Sequence record: DRR723986_646
Length of the DNA: 64,000 nt
Reading direction: 5' to 3' (one strand)
A program made the translations under genes and the position numbers. Shown here in pieces: positions 37,620 to 47,215 of the stretch. Position 1 is the stretch's first letter, and each line of letters starts with the position of its first letter. The notes under the pieces were generated by a model. It was not told where the DNA came from. It did not search any database and was given only the letters and a program-made list of their open reading frames with translations.

Positions 37620-38036
37620 ATGCCCCCAATGATCGACACCGATATCCCGCGCCTTCTCGCACTGAAATACGCCCAGATAGTTGATGATCGCCAGTTTGAC
37701 CGGATGCGCGAGATCATGGTGCCCGAATTCACTCAGAGTGGTCCTGGCTTCGCGGCGGAGTCGCTTGACGTGTTCATCAGCAACCTGCAAATCCTTCACA
37801 ACTACAGCGCAACCTTCCACCTCGTGGGCAACCAGCTCGGCGAATGGCAGAACGACCGCTATACCGGCGAAACCTGGTGCGTCGCCTCTCACCTGTATGA
37901 AAAAGACGGGCAACAGCGCAAACTGGATATGGGTATTCGCTACCAGGACGTCATTGAGACGGAAGGCAGCAGCTCGCGCTATCTGTCCCGCGATCTCATT
38001 ATCGTATGGACCCAGGACTTGCCCACCGAGGGCTGA
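37620..38036 (+). CDS. Nuclear transport factor 2 / SnoaL-like protein
   Basis: YAQIVDDRQFD, TFHLVGNQ, CVASHL and IRYQD motifs. Confidence 0.82.
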   Translation: MPPMIDTDIPRLLALKYAQIVDDRQFDRMREIMVPEFTQSGPGFAAESLDVFISNLQILHNYSATFHLVGNQLGEWQNDRYTGETWCVASHLYEKDGQQRKLDMGIRYQDVIETEGSSSRYLSRDLIIVWTQDLPTEG

Positions 38037-38051
38037 ACAACGGGGAGACGC

Positions 38052-39476
38052 TCAAGCCCGACCGAGGGCGCGCACATTATCCTCATGCTGAGCGCGACTG
38101 ATGGTGTACAGCGACAGGCACAGGATCATCAACAACCAGGGTATAACCAGCCCCGGCACATAGGCGATGCCGAGGTAGCTAATCACATCCGCAGGCACCG
38201 AGCCGGGCTCGCTACCCTGAGGAAAATCAATCGCAGTGAGCAGGATGGACGCCAGCACCAGGCCAATACCCTGGTTGATCTTGCGGGCGAAGGTGGTTGC
38301 TGCGAAGAACACCCCCTCGGACCGGCGTTTGGTTTTCAGCTCACTGGCTTCAACCATGTCGGCCACCATGGACCCCATCAGGGTCTGGAAGGCGATTATC
38401 ATGGTTACATCGAAGATCTGTAAGACCAGGATGATGGGGAACAACAGTGGATCCCCGTTTTCAGGTAGCAGCCCCAGCAGGCGCAGCAGCACCGGCGCCG
38501 GTGCCAGCAGTATCGCCGCCAGGCCGACTATAAACGCGCCTCGTTTCTTGCCAAAGCGCAGAGACAGGGTCGGGGCGATCAGAAAGCTGCCCAGCGCGGA
38601 GAGCAACAGACACACCGTGAGCAGACTAATCTGCTGGGAACTGAACTCCCAGAAAAACGTACTCAGGTAAAAGCTCAAGCCCGAACTGAGGCCGGCGGCA
38701 ATCGCACCAAAGACAGTGGCCAGCAGGATGCCAGCCATGGAGCGCGTGGCGAGCGTCTCCCAGAGCTCCGCGTAGATCATTCGCAGGGACATCTGCCGGG
38801 TCGTGGTGACCTTGTGCAGGCGCGGAATCTGGCTGTGGGTGCCCAGGGCGCAGACGAGAATCGACACCACGATGAGCAACGAGGCCGCCAGGCCCATATG
38901 CCCGTAGCCCTCGATATTGAACATACCGTTGGCCACCCCGTCCTCGGGGACCAGCAGGAAACCCAGGGTGAAGGTGGCAAACAGGATGCCGCCCGACCAG
39001 CCGAAGGCATAGCGGTAGCTCATCAGCCTGGTGCGCTCGTTGTAATCGGTGGTCAGCTCCGCCACCAGCGCCGAACTGGGAATTTCATACAGCGTAATCA
39101 GGGTCCTGACCAGGATCGCCATGGCCAGCATATAAGGGAATAACGCATTACCTTCCAGGCTGGTGGGTGGATTCCAGACAAAGTAATAGCTCAGCGCGAT
39201 GGGCAGTGCGGCGGCATACATCAGGGGGTGCCGCCGGCCCCAGCGGCCGCGCAGATTATCGGAAAAGTAGCCAATCAGCGGATCGCTGAAGGCGTCGAAC
39301 ACCAGGGCCAACAGCAGCACCAGCCCAACCAGGGTGGCGTCCACCCCCATGACCTGGCTGTAGAAGATCAGGAAGAAGTAACCGAAGCCATTGTCCTTGG
39401 TGCCATAGGCCACGGAGCCAAAGCCATAGGCCAGCTTATTGCGCGTCCTCAGCGACCCCTCCGATGGTGATGCCAT
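38052..39476 (-). CDS. MFS transporter, glycoside-pentoside-hexuronide (MelB-like) family
   Basis: KLAYGFG, DAFSDPLIG..SD..RWGRRHP, ELTTDYNERT and RSEGVFF motifs. Confidence 0.9.
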   Translation of the reverse strand: MASPSEGSLRTRNKLAYGFGSVAYGTKDNGFGYFFLIFYSQVMGVDATLVGLVLLLALVFDAFSDPLIGYFSDNLRGRWGRRHPLMYAAALPIALSYYFVWNPPTSLEGNALFPYMLAMAILVRTLITLYEIPSSALVAELTTDYNERTRLMSYRYAFGWSGGILFATFTLGFLLVPEDGVANGMFNIEGYGHMGLAASLLIVVSILVCALGTHSQIPRLHKVTTTRQMSLRMIYAELWETLATRSMAGILLATVFGAIAAGLSSGLSFYLSTFFWEFSSQQISLLTVCLLLSALGSFLIAPTLSLRFGKKRGAFIVGLAAILLAPAPVLLRLLGLLPENGDPLLFPIILVLQIFDVTMIIAFQTLMGSMVADMVEASELKTKRRSEGVFFAATTFARKINQGIGLVLASILLTAIDFPQGSEPGSVPADVISYLGIAYVPGLVIPWLLMILCLSLYTISRAQHEDNVRALGRA

Positions 39477-39530
39477 TATGCGCCTTCGACTCTCTTCGTT
39501 TGTGCATGCAGCATAACAGGCTCGTAAGCG

Positions 39531-40106
39531 TCAGGTCTGGCTCAAAGCGCGCAGCGCGGCCTCGGTATCGATATCAAGGAAAATCCCCGGATCGTCCAGA
39601 TCCAGCCAATGAATCGCCTGGGGATGTCGGTCGATCACCCATCGTGCACCGTGGTCGCCGTCACACTGTGCCAGCTCGTCGCGAAACGCCGCACCAAACG
39701 CCACCGGGTGGCCTCGCTTGCCGTCCCTGCGCGGAACGCAGATTCGGTCACGGCTGGCGCAGGCTGCCACCTGGGAGTAGCTTTCCGGGCGGATAAGCGG
39801 CATATCCGCGAGCGCAACAAGAATCGCATCCCAGGCCGGGAGTCCTGCCACGCCCTCGGCAAGCGTCGCACCCATTCCCTCCCCCGCCCGGAGGCAAACC
39901 CGCGTCTCGATTCCGCGCCCCAGCAAGGCGCGAGCCAGGGTTTCGTCCGCCGCCGCCACACACACCTGCAATGGCAGGCCACTGGCCTGGATAGCGGTAA
40001 TGCTTGTTTCCAGCAGGCTCAAGCCACCGGGAAGGAGCGCCTGTCGCTTGTCACTGCCAAAGCGCCGGCTGACACCGGCGGCAAGCAGCAGCACACCGGC
40101 CGTCAA
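39531..40106 (-). CDS. mocA: Molybdenum cofactor cytidylyltransferase-like nucleotidyltransferase
   Basis: LLAAGVSRRFGSDK, LADMP, GHPVAF, GDHGAR and DIDT motifs. Confidence 0.85.
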   Translation of the reverse strand: MTAGVLLLAAGVSRRFGSDKRQALLPGGLSLLETSITAIQASGLPLQVCVAAADETLARALLGRGIETRVCLRAGEGMGATLAEGVAGLPAWDAILVALADMPLIRPESYSQVAACASRDRICVPRRDGKRGHPVAFGAAFRDELAQCDGDHGARWVIDRHPQAIHWLDLDDPGIFLDIDTEAALRALSQT

Positions 40107-41065
40107 ACCTGTCGTTCCCGGGCGCGGCGCAGGCTGGTCAGCTCTGCCATGATGGATACGGCGATCTCGATTGGTGTCTTGCTGCCGATCGGCAGCCCTA
40201 CCGGCGCATGCAGGCGCTCAATCCGGGCGGCATCGATACCGAGCTCCCGCAGGCGTTGCAGGCGCTTGTCGGTCGTACGCCGGGAGCCAAGCGCACCCAC
40301 GTACCATGCACGACTTTCAAGCGCTTCCATCAGGGCCATATCGTCGATCCGCGGATCGTGGGTGAGAGTGATGATCACGCTGTGTTCGTCGTCTGCATGG
40401 GCGCGCACCGCGTCGTCCGGCATCCCTGGCACCAGTTGCACGCCGGGACCCTCCCACTGGTCGAGCATGCGCTGGCGCGGGTCGGTGACCAGCACCTCGT
40501 AGTCCATGGCCTGGCCAAGTTCAGCCAATGACTGGCTCAACTGCCCCGCCCCCACCAGCAGCATGCGCTGCTGCGGTCCGAAACTCTGGGCCAGTTGACC
40601 GGCATCCCGGCTCAGCGCGCTAAACCCCGCCGTCATATCAACCCGGGTCTGGCCCGTGGCCAGGTCCAGGTGACGCCGGGTACAGCGGCGCTGGTCCAAG
40701 GCCGTCAGCACGGTATGAACCCAGGGACCATCGCGGTCAGCCTGCAATTGCTGCAACAGCACATACAGGCGCCCGCCACAAGGCAGGCCCAGCCGCTCGT
40801 TTTCCTGCGCCGAAACGCCGTACTCGATAATCTCAGGTGCCTCCGAGGCCAGCTCGCCGGCCGCCAGGCGCTGCAGCAAGTCCTCCTCGACACAGCCACC
40901 GGAAAGCGAGCCCACCTGTTCCGCCCGCTCACTCAGGGCGAGCAGGGAGCCCACGGGCCGAGGGGAGGAACCGACGGTTTCCACAATGGTGCAGAGCCAG
41001 ACCGACTCCCCGGCGGCCAGCCAGCTGGCGGTATGGCGCAGCACCTCCTGTTCGATTGTCCGCAT
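40103..41065 (-). CDS. xdhC: XdhC/CoxI family molybdoenzyme maturation factor
   Basis: GSSPRPVGS, GSLSGGCVE, GLPCGG, THDPRIDD, YVGALGSRR and PVGLPIGSKTP.EIAVSI motifs. Confidence 0.92.
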   Translation of the reverse strand: MRTIEQEVLRHTASWLAAGESVWLCTIVETVGSSPRPVGSLLALSERAEQVGSLSGGCVEEDLLQRLAAGELASEAPEIIEYGVSAQENERLGLPCGGRLYVLLQQLQADRDGPWVHTVLTALDQRRCTRRHLDLATGQTRVDMTAGFSALSRDAGQLAQSFGPQQRMLLVGAGQLSQSLAELGQAMDYEVLVTDPRQRMLDQWEGPGVQLVPGMPDDAVRAHADDEHSVIITLTHDPRIDDMALMEALESRAWYVGALGSRRTTDKRLQRLRELGIDAARIERLHAPVGLPIGSKTPIEIAVSIMAELTSLRRARERQV

Positions 41066-41080
41066 ATCAGCTCTGGACCA

Positions 41081-41611
41081 TTACCCGGCGGGGCCTGCCG
41101 GGGACGGGCGGTCATCCTGTACAGCCTGGGCCCAGTGCGCCTCAAGCAGCCTGCCTATGGTGTTGGCTTGCACCAGGTGTGCCGCGTACCAGGTGTGCAG
41201 GCAGCGGATTCGCTTGAAATCGGCAATACCACCGATGCCACGCTGGGCCAGGACCTCAGCGAAGCCCTGTTCGCCGAGTGCGCGGCGCTCATCGTCGCTG
41301 AGAAACTCGTCGCGCTGGCGGATATGGGCGAGGTGATCCTGCTGCATTGCAGCCTGCAGCTCAGGCTCATGATCTACCCTGTGTTGCAGCTTTTTGATGA
41401 GGCCGCTCGCCTCGACCTGATCGATGCGGTAGTTGAGCTCCGGGTCCACCAGCCAGTACAGGGTGGGAAACGGCTTGCCGTCAACCAAAGACGCCACCCG
41501 GATGACCTGGGGCATACCGTCGGCACGCGCTACCGCGATGGCCCGCAGCCCACGGGGCTTGCGGCCCAGCAGCTCGGTCACCTGCGCCACCATGTCGGAA
41601 TCCAGTTTCAA
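41081..41611 (-). CDS. DUF501 domain protein
   Basis: LGRKPRG, PFPTLYWL and GIGG..RCLH motifs; GGAGGAGG RBS before TTG. Confidence 0.87.
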   Translation of the reverse strand: MKLDSDMVAQVTELLGRKPRGLRAIAVARADGMPQVIRVASLVDGKPFPTLYWLVDPELNYRIDQVEASGLIKKLQHRVDHEPELQAAMQQDHLAHIRQRDEFLSDDERRALGEQGFAEVLAQRGIGGIADFKRIRCLHTWYAAHLVQANTIGRLLEAHWAQAVQDDRPSPAGPAG

Positions 41612-41719
41612 CCCGCCTCCTCCGATGGGCTAAACCCACGATTTTAACCAAAGCGCCCCCGGCAAGCAGCTTTTTGCCAGTTTGACATTAGTTGGACAGC
41701 GCCCTACAGTCCTCGCCGG

Positions 41720-41880
41720 TGCCAGGTGCCTGCCGGTCCAGCTGATGGACCTGGGCAGGTTAAATGGGAAGTGTGGTGAGGCCAGAGCCGAAGCCACCGC
41801 TGCCCCCGCAACGGTATACAGCATAGCTGTGAGCCCGATACCTGCCTGGCATGTCGCAACGATGGAGCGGAGGGCTTCAT
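41720..41880 (+). ncRNA. Cobalamin riboswitch (compact form)
   Basis: P1 TGCCAGG/CCTGGCA, AAATGGGAAGTGTGGTG, GCTGCCCCCGCAACGGTA, B12 box GAGCCCGATACCTGCC, downstream P13 hairpin ATGGAGC-GGAGG-GCTTCAT; sits upstream of btuB. Confidence 0.92.
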
Positions 41881-41963
41881 ACAAGGTTGCCCGGTGCACG
41901 CGTGCACCGCGTTCCCTGATTCCCTCCCTCGATCGCCACCTGTTCGGCAATTGGGGACTACTC

Positions 41964-43817
41964 ATGCCACGCACTCATTCCGCAACCCTGGCCGCGTTCG
42001 TCCTGGCGTGTTCTGCTACCGCCGCGGCGGAGCCCGCACTCGAGGAGATCGTTGTGACCTCCTCCCGGGTAGCCATGCCACTGCGCGAGGTCGGCACATC
42101 TATCTCCGTGCTGGACCAACAGCAGATCGAACAACTCGGTTTCAACTCGCTATACGAGGTGTTGCGCACCCAACCTTCCGTTTCCGTGAGTAATACCGGG
42201 GGGCCCGGCAAGGCAGCCACCCTCAGAATCCGCGGCGAAGAGGGCTACCGCACCCTGGTGTTGCTCGACGGCATCGATATCTCGGATACCTCAGGTCCGC
42301 AGGTCAGTCCACGAATGGAACAGCTGCTCAGTAGCGGGATCGAGCGGGTCGAAATCCTGCGCGGGCCTCAGGGCCTGGTGTACGGGGCTGACGCAGGTGG
42401 CGTGGTGAATATTCGCACCCAGGCCAGTGGTGACGGCCTCGGTGGGCGGCTGTCAGCCGAAGGCGGACGCTACGGCACCCGCCAGTATGCAGCGAGTATC
42501 GGCGCTGCCGGCGAGATTGGCGACTTCCACCTGTCGGCAACCGACTACGAAACCGACGGCTTTAACTCCCGCAGTACCGACACCAGTCCCGGGGATAACG
42601 ACGGTTTCGACAACACCACCTTACACGGGCGGGCCCGCTGGCAACTGTCAGAGCAGTTGGACCTGGAGTTCGTGCTGCGCGACGTGGAGGGGCAGAACCA
42701 GTTCGACGACTGCTTCACCGTCGACAGCTTCGCGCCGACCAACGACTGCGCCGATGACTACGAACAGCAGGCCTGGCGCCTGGGCCTGGGTTATCGCGCC
42801 GGCGAACTCCAGCACCAGCTCGATTACAGCCGCAGCAGCACCGAGCGCAGATTCTTTTCCGAAGGGCAGCCCAGCTTCATGACCGAAGGTGAGCTCGAGC
42901 GGGTCAGCTACGTGGGTGCCTTCGGCAGCGGAGACGCCTTGCGCCTGGTCTACGGCGCTGACCTGGAAAAGGAATCCATCGATGACGGTACCTTTGACGA
43001 GGAGCGAGACCAGGCCGGGTACTTCCTGGAATGGCAGGGCAACTTCGGTAATGCGCTCTACCTGACCGCCGGCGCCCGCTACGATGACAACGATGACTTC
43101 GGCACCCACCTGTCCTACCGCAGCAGCCTGGCCTATCTGGTCCCGCTTACCGGCGGAGAGCTGAAGTTCAAGGGTAGCTGGGGAACCGGATTCCGGGCAC
43201 CCAGCCTGTATGAGATAGCCTACAACCGCGGCTTCTTCGCCTTCCCACCGGCATCGGAGACTGCGCTGACTGAGGAAGAAAGCGAGGGTTACGATCTGGG
43301 ACTGGCCTGGACCGGCGAGCGCGGGCTCTATCTTGAAGCCACCTACTTCGATCAATCGGTCAGCGATGAGATATTTTTCGACCTGGCAGGTTTCTCGGGT
43401 TACCTCCAGGGCAGCGGCGAAGCCAGTTCCTCCGGTCTCGAGCTCGCCGCGAGCTGGCCACTGCTGGCGAGCCTGTCGTTAAGCGGCAACTATACCTATA
43501 ACGACAGCGACACCAGCGACGGATCCGCGCGCGCGTTCCGCCCCCGCCACCTCGGCAATCTGGGCATCAGCTGGCTGGCGCCCGGCGAGCGGTTCAGCCT
43601 CGGACTGAATCTAAGACTGGCGCGCGACGCAGACAATACCGACGGCACCGCGCTGGATGACTACGAGGTGGTGGATCTGAACGCGCGGTTCACCCTGCTG
43701 GCTGGCCTGGAAATTTACGGCAGAATCGAGAACGCGCTGGACGAGGACTACCAGGAAGTTCCCACCTACAATACAGCCAAACGCGCCGCCTATGCCGGCC
43801 TGCGCTACAGCTTTTGA
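41964..43817 (+). CDS. btuB: TonB-dependent vitamin B12 receptor
   Basis: LEEIVVTSSR, ERVEILRGPQ, GFRAPSL motifs and terminal RYSF; follows a B12 riboswitch and precedes cobO-btuCDF. Confidence 0.88.
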   Translation: MPRTHSATLAAFVLACSATAAAEPALEEIVVTSSRVAMPLREVGTSISVLDQQQIEQLGFNSLYEVLRTQPSVSVSNTGGPGKAATLRIRGEEGYRTLVLLDGIDISDTSGPQVSPRMEQLLSSGIERVEILRGPQGLVYGADAGGVVNIRTQASGDGLGGRLSAEGGRYGTRQYAASIGAAGEIGDFHLSATDYETDGFNSRSTDTSPGDNDGFDNTTLHGRARWQLSEQLDLEFVLRDVEGQNQFDDCFTVDSFAPTNDCADDYEQQAWRLGLGYRAGELQHQLDYSRSSTERRFFSEGQPSFMTEGELERVSYVGAFGSGDALRLVYGADLEKESIDDGTFDEERDQAGYFLEWQGNFGNALYLTAGARYDDNDDFGTHLSYRSSLAYLVPLTGGELKFKGSWGTGFRAPSLYEIAYNRGFFAFPPASETALTEEESEGYDLGLAWTGERGLYLEATYFDQSVSDEIFFDLAGFSGYLQGSGEASSSGLELAASWPLLASLSLSGNYTYNDSDTSDGSARAFRPRHLGNLGISWLAPGERFSLGLNLRLARDADNTDGTALDDYEVVDLNARFTLLAGLEIYGRIENALDEDYQEVPTYNTAKRAAYAGLRYSF

Positions 43818-43827
43818 GGAACAGTAA

Positions 43828-44445
43828 ATGAGTGATGGCGACGAAACCAGGAAGGCAGCCAAACACAAGGCGGCGATGGAAAAGCAGAAAGCGTCTGTAG
43901 ACGCGAGCATCGCGGCCGCCGACCTGGAACGTGGCGTCGCCATCCTGCTCACCGGCAATGGCAAGGGTAAAACGAGTTCCGCCTTCGGGATGATCATGCG
44001 TGCGCTGGGTTACGGGCACAAGGTCGGCGTTGTGCAATTCATCAAGGGCGAACAGCTCTCCGGCGAAGAACTGTACCTGCGCGATCATTGTCCGCAGGTC
44101 GAGTTTCACCAGATGGGCACCGGCTTCACCTGGGATACCCAGGACCGTAGCGGTGATATCGCGGCCGCCCGGCGCACCTGGGACCTGGCGAAGCCCATGC
44201 TCGCCGACCCCAGCTTTGACCTGGTTGTAATGGATGAAATCACCTACATGATCGCCTACGACTACCTGCCGGAAGACGAAATCCTGGACGCGATCAGTAG
44301 CCGACCCCGCGAGCAGAGTGTGGTGGTAACCGGGCGCGGTGGCGGTGCGGCGCTGCAGGCCATCATGGACACGGTGTCCGAGGTAAAGGACGTCAAACAT
44401 GCCTTCAACGTCGGGATCAAGGCGCGCAAGGGCGTTGACTATTAA
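43828..44445 (+). CDS. cobO: Cob(I)yrinic acid a,c-diamide adenosyltransferase
   Basis: TGNGKGKTSSAFG, VQFIKG, GFTW, DE, TGR and KHAF..GIKARKGVDY motifs. Confidence 0.95.
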   Translation: MSDGDETRKAAKHKAAMEKQKASVDASIAAADLERGVAILLTGNGKGKTSSAFGMIMRALGYGHKVGVVQFIKGEQLSGEELYLRDHCPQVEFHQMGTGFTWDTQDRSGDIAAARRTWDLAKPMLADPSFDLVVMDEITYMIAYDYLPEDEILDAISSRPREQSVVVTGRGGGAALQAIMDTVSEVKDVKHAFNVGIKARKGVDY

Positions 44446-45481
44446 GCAGCGCACAGAGGGGCGCCCGCTGACCCCGCGGGGGCTGCTGATCCTGCAACTG
44501 GTATTGTTACCGGCCGTTATCCTGGTGGGCCTGGCCAGTGGCGCGGTAGCAATTCCCTGGCAGGACGTGATCGCAGCGCTGGCCGGCAGCGACAGTGACA
44601 GCCAGGCCGAACTCATCGTTCGCCAGATCCGCCTGCCAAGGGTCCTGCTCGCCGGCATTATGGGTGCGAGCCTCGCGATCTGTGGCGCGGCAACGCAAGG
44701 CCTGTTCCGCAACCCCCTGGCTGACCCGTCGCTGATCGGTGTTACTGCGGGAGCATCACTGGGCGCGGCGGCCGTGATCGTTGGCGGTGCCCAGCTACTG
44801 CCAGGCTTCCTCGCCCTCGGTGTGGTATCAGCGGGCGCGTTCATCGGCGGCGTGGTTGCAGTGCTGGTGGTCTACCGGCTTGCTACCGGCAGCAGCGGCA
44901 CGTCGGTGGCGACCATGCTGCTGGCCGGTATTGCGATTACGGCCCTTGCCGGGGCCTGCAGCAGCCTGCTCGAGTTCTATGCGGACAATGCCATGCTGCG
45001 CCGGATCAGCCTGTGGAAAATGGGCGGACTGGACGGCGCCAGTGTGCCTGCGCTGGCACTCGGCGGCGCTGTCACCCTGCTGCTGTGCACTACGTTGCCG
45101 CGCTATGCGCCTGCCCTCGATGCGCTGCTGCTGGGTGAATCCGAAGCCCGGCACCTGGGGATAGATGTGGGTCGCACCAAACTGATGCTGGTGCTGCTGG
45201 TCGCCGTGGGCGTGGGTACATCGGTTGCCCTGGTTGGCACCATCGCTTTCGTTGGCCTGGTGGTACCACATATCGTACGCCTGCTCATCGGGCCCAACCA
45301 TCAGGCCCTGCTGCCACTCTCCGCGCTGGCCGGCGCCATCTTACTGGTGCTTGCAGACACCCTGTCGCGGGTCGTGATGGCACCCACCGAGCTGCCGGTC
45401 GGCATCGTTACTGCCATCCTCGGGTTTCCCTTCTTTATCTCCCTGCTGCGTCAGCGCCATCACTACGGGATGCAGTCATGA
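44435..45481 (+). CDS. btuC: Cobalamin/iron-chelate ABC permease (FecCD family)
   Basis: IRLPRV, QGLFRNPLADP, LLGESEARHLG, FVGLVVPH and ELPVG motifs; start uncertain (TTG 44435 chosen). Confidence 0.85.
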   Translation: MTIKQRTEGRPLTPRGLLILQLVLLPAVILVGLASGAVAIPWQDVIAALAGSDSDSQAELIVRQIRLPRVLLAGIMGASLAICGAATQGLFRNPLADPSLIGVTAGASLGAAAVIVGGAQLLPGFLALGVVSAGAFIGGVVAVLVVYRLATGSSGTSVATMLLAGIAITALAGACSSLLEFYADNAMLRRISLWKMGGLDGASVPALALGGAVTLLLCTTLPRYAPALDALLLGESEARHLGIDVGRTKLMLVLLVAVGVGTSVALVGTIAFVGLVVPHIVRLLIGPNHQALLPLSALAGAILLVLADTLSRVVMAPTELPVGIVTAILGFPFFISLLRQRHHYGMQS

Positions 45482-46257
45482 GCCTGCTGGCGATCAACAA
45501 TGCGCAGGCCAGTCCCTGGGGCGAACCCCTGCTACAGGGTATCGACCTGCATCTGGACAGCGGCCAGATCGCCGGCGTCATCGGCCCCAATGGCGCCGGC
45601 AAGACCAGCCTGCTGCGGCTGGCTGCCGGTGACTTCGCAGTCGACAGTGGCACAGCCCTGTTTGCCGGACAGCGGCTCTGTGACTGGCCTGCCAATGCGC
45701 GCGCCCAGCGCATGGCTTACCTGCCCCAGCTGTCGCTGCTCAACTTTCCCTACACGGTAGAGGAAGTCATCCTGCTTGGCCGCACGCCCCACGCCAGCGG
45801 ACGGGCAGTGGATCTGGCCATCGTCGAAGAGCTGCTGGTGCTGACAGATATCGTCCATCTGCGCCACCGGCTCTATACCCGGCTGTCAGGCGGAGAGCGC
45901 CAGCGCGTGCAACTCGCCCGGGTGCTCGCCCAGATCTGGCGCCCCGATTCCCTCGCCGGCCAGTTGTTGCTGCTCGATGAACCGACAGCAGCGCTCGACC
46001 TTACCCATCAACAGCAATTGTTGTGCATTCTGGAGCTGATCGCGGGACGTGGCTGTGCCGTACTGTTGGTGATGCACGACTTCAACCTGGTAGCGGCAAT
46101 TGCCGATCAGGTGCTCGTACTTCAGGGCGGCCGCCAGGTGATGTCGGGCAGCACAGCTGACGTGATCCGCCCGGAACTCTTCCAACAGGTATTTGCCACC
46201 GAGGTAACGATCCAGGCTCACCCGGGCAAAGGCTACCCCGTGGTCATCCCGAGCTAG
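45478..46257 (+). CDS. btuD: ABC transporter ATP-binding protein (BtuD/HmuV-like)
   Basis: Walker A GPNGAGKT, signature LSGGERQRV, Walker B LLLDEPT. Confidence 0.85.
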   Translation: MSLLAINNAQASPWGEPLLQGIDLHLDSGQIAGVIGPNGAGKTSLLRLAAGDFAVDSGTALFAGQRLCDWPANARAQRMAYLPQLSLLNFPYTVEEVILLGRTPHASGRAVDLAIVEELLVLTDIVHLRHRLYTRLSGGERQRVQLARVLAQIWRPDSLAGQLLLLDEPTAALDLTHQQQLLCILELIAGRGCAVLLVMHDFNLVAAIADQVLVLQGGRQVMSGSTADVIRPELFQQVFATEVTIQAHPGKGYPVVIPS

Positions 46258-46260
46258 CCA

Positions 46261-47160
46261 GTGATGCTGCGTGCCCTCCTCCTCGCCTGCCTCTGGCTGC
46301 TGTCCCTCAGCGCGCTGGGGCAAGTGCTGACGGTTACCGATTCAATAGGACGGGAAATCACCCTGCCGACTCCGGCGCGGCGCATCGTCACCCTCGCACC
46401 ACATCTTGCCGAGAACGTGTTCAGCGCCGGGGCCGGGCATTACCTTGTCGGCGTCGCCAGCTACAGCGACTTCCCCGAGTCTGCCCGTGAACTGCCGGAA
46501 GTCGGGGATTTCAACGCCTTCAGCCTCGAACGTATCGCCGAGTTACAACCAGACCTTATTCTGCTCTGGGCATCGGGCAATGGCCTCGCTGCACTCGAGC
46601 GACTTGCTCCCCTGGGTGTACCGGTCTACGTCGATGAAATTCGCGAGTTGGACCAGATCCCGCAAAGCATCAGGGCAATCGGGCTTCTGGCAGGAACTCA
46701 GGCATCCAGTGCTTCCGCCGCCCAGGCGTTCGAACGGGACATTGGGCAGCTGCAGCAGGCCCATAGCGACCTCACCCGCCTGTCAGTGTTCTACCAGATC
46801 TGGCACCAACCCCTGCAGACCGTGGGCGGTGAGCATCTCATCAGCCAGTTGATCGCACTGTGCGGGGGGCAGAACCTGTTTCAGGAATCGACCAGCCTCG
46901 CCCCGAGGATTACCCTGGAAGCGGTGCTCGCCGGTGACCCGGAAGTCATCATCGGCAGCGGCATGGCCGGGCAGCGACCACCCTGGCTGGACGACTGGCG
47001 GCGATTCCCGTCCCTGCGAGCTGTGGCTGGTGACCAACTGCGTTATATCCACGCTGACGTGATCCAACGGCCAACCCTGCGCATACTGGAGGGAGCCAGG
47101 GCCATGTGCGCAATACTGGATCAGGCGCGCGCACAACAGGCTTTATCCTCCAGCGACTGA
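46261..47160 (+). CDS. btuF: Cobalamin-binding periplasmic protein
   Basis: RIVTLAPH..E, VGVASYSDFP, FYQIW..PLQT, CGGQN and RPTLR motifs. Confidence 0.88.
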   Translation: MMLRALLLACLWLLSLSALGQVLTVTDSIGREITLPTPARRIVTLAPHLAENVFSAGAGHYLVGVASYSDFPESARELPEVGDFNAFSLERIAELQPDLILLWASGNGLAALERLAPLGVPVYVDEIRELDQIPQSIRAIGLLAGTQASSASAAQAFERDIGQLQQAHSDLTRLSVFYQIWHQPLQTVGGEHLISQLIALCGGQNLFQESTSLAPRITLEAVLAGDPEVIIGSGMAGQRPPWLDDWRRFPSLRAVAGDQLRYIHADVIQRPTLRILEGARAMCAILDQARAQQALSSSD

Positions 47161-47215
47161 GCGCTCATCGCCGGGGCCACACCCACTGATCCTGCGAGGT
47201 ATGGCGGGTGACCCG

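Noticed and set aside
28707-37620. Prophage or tRNA-anchored integrative element explaining the AT-richer segment
   Set aside because: No integrase, phage gene, tRNA or flanking direct repeat was recognised.
41682-41963. 94-aa N-terminal extension of btuB in the ORF track
   Set aside because: It overlaps the cobalamin riboswitch; the signal peptide and RBS point to ATG 41964.
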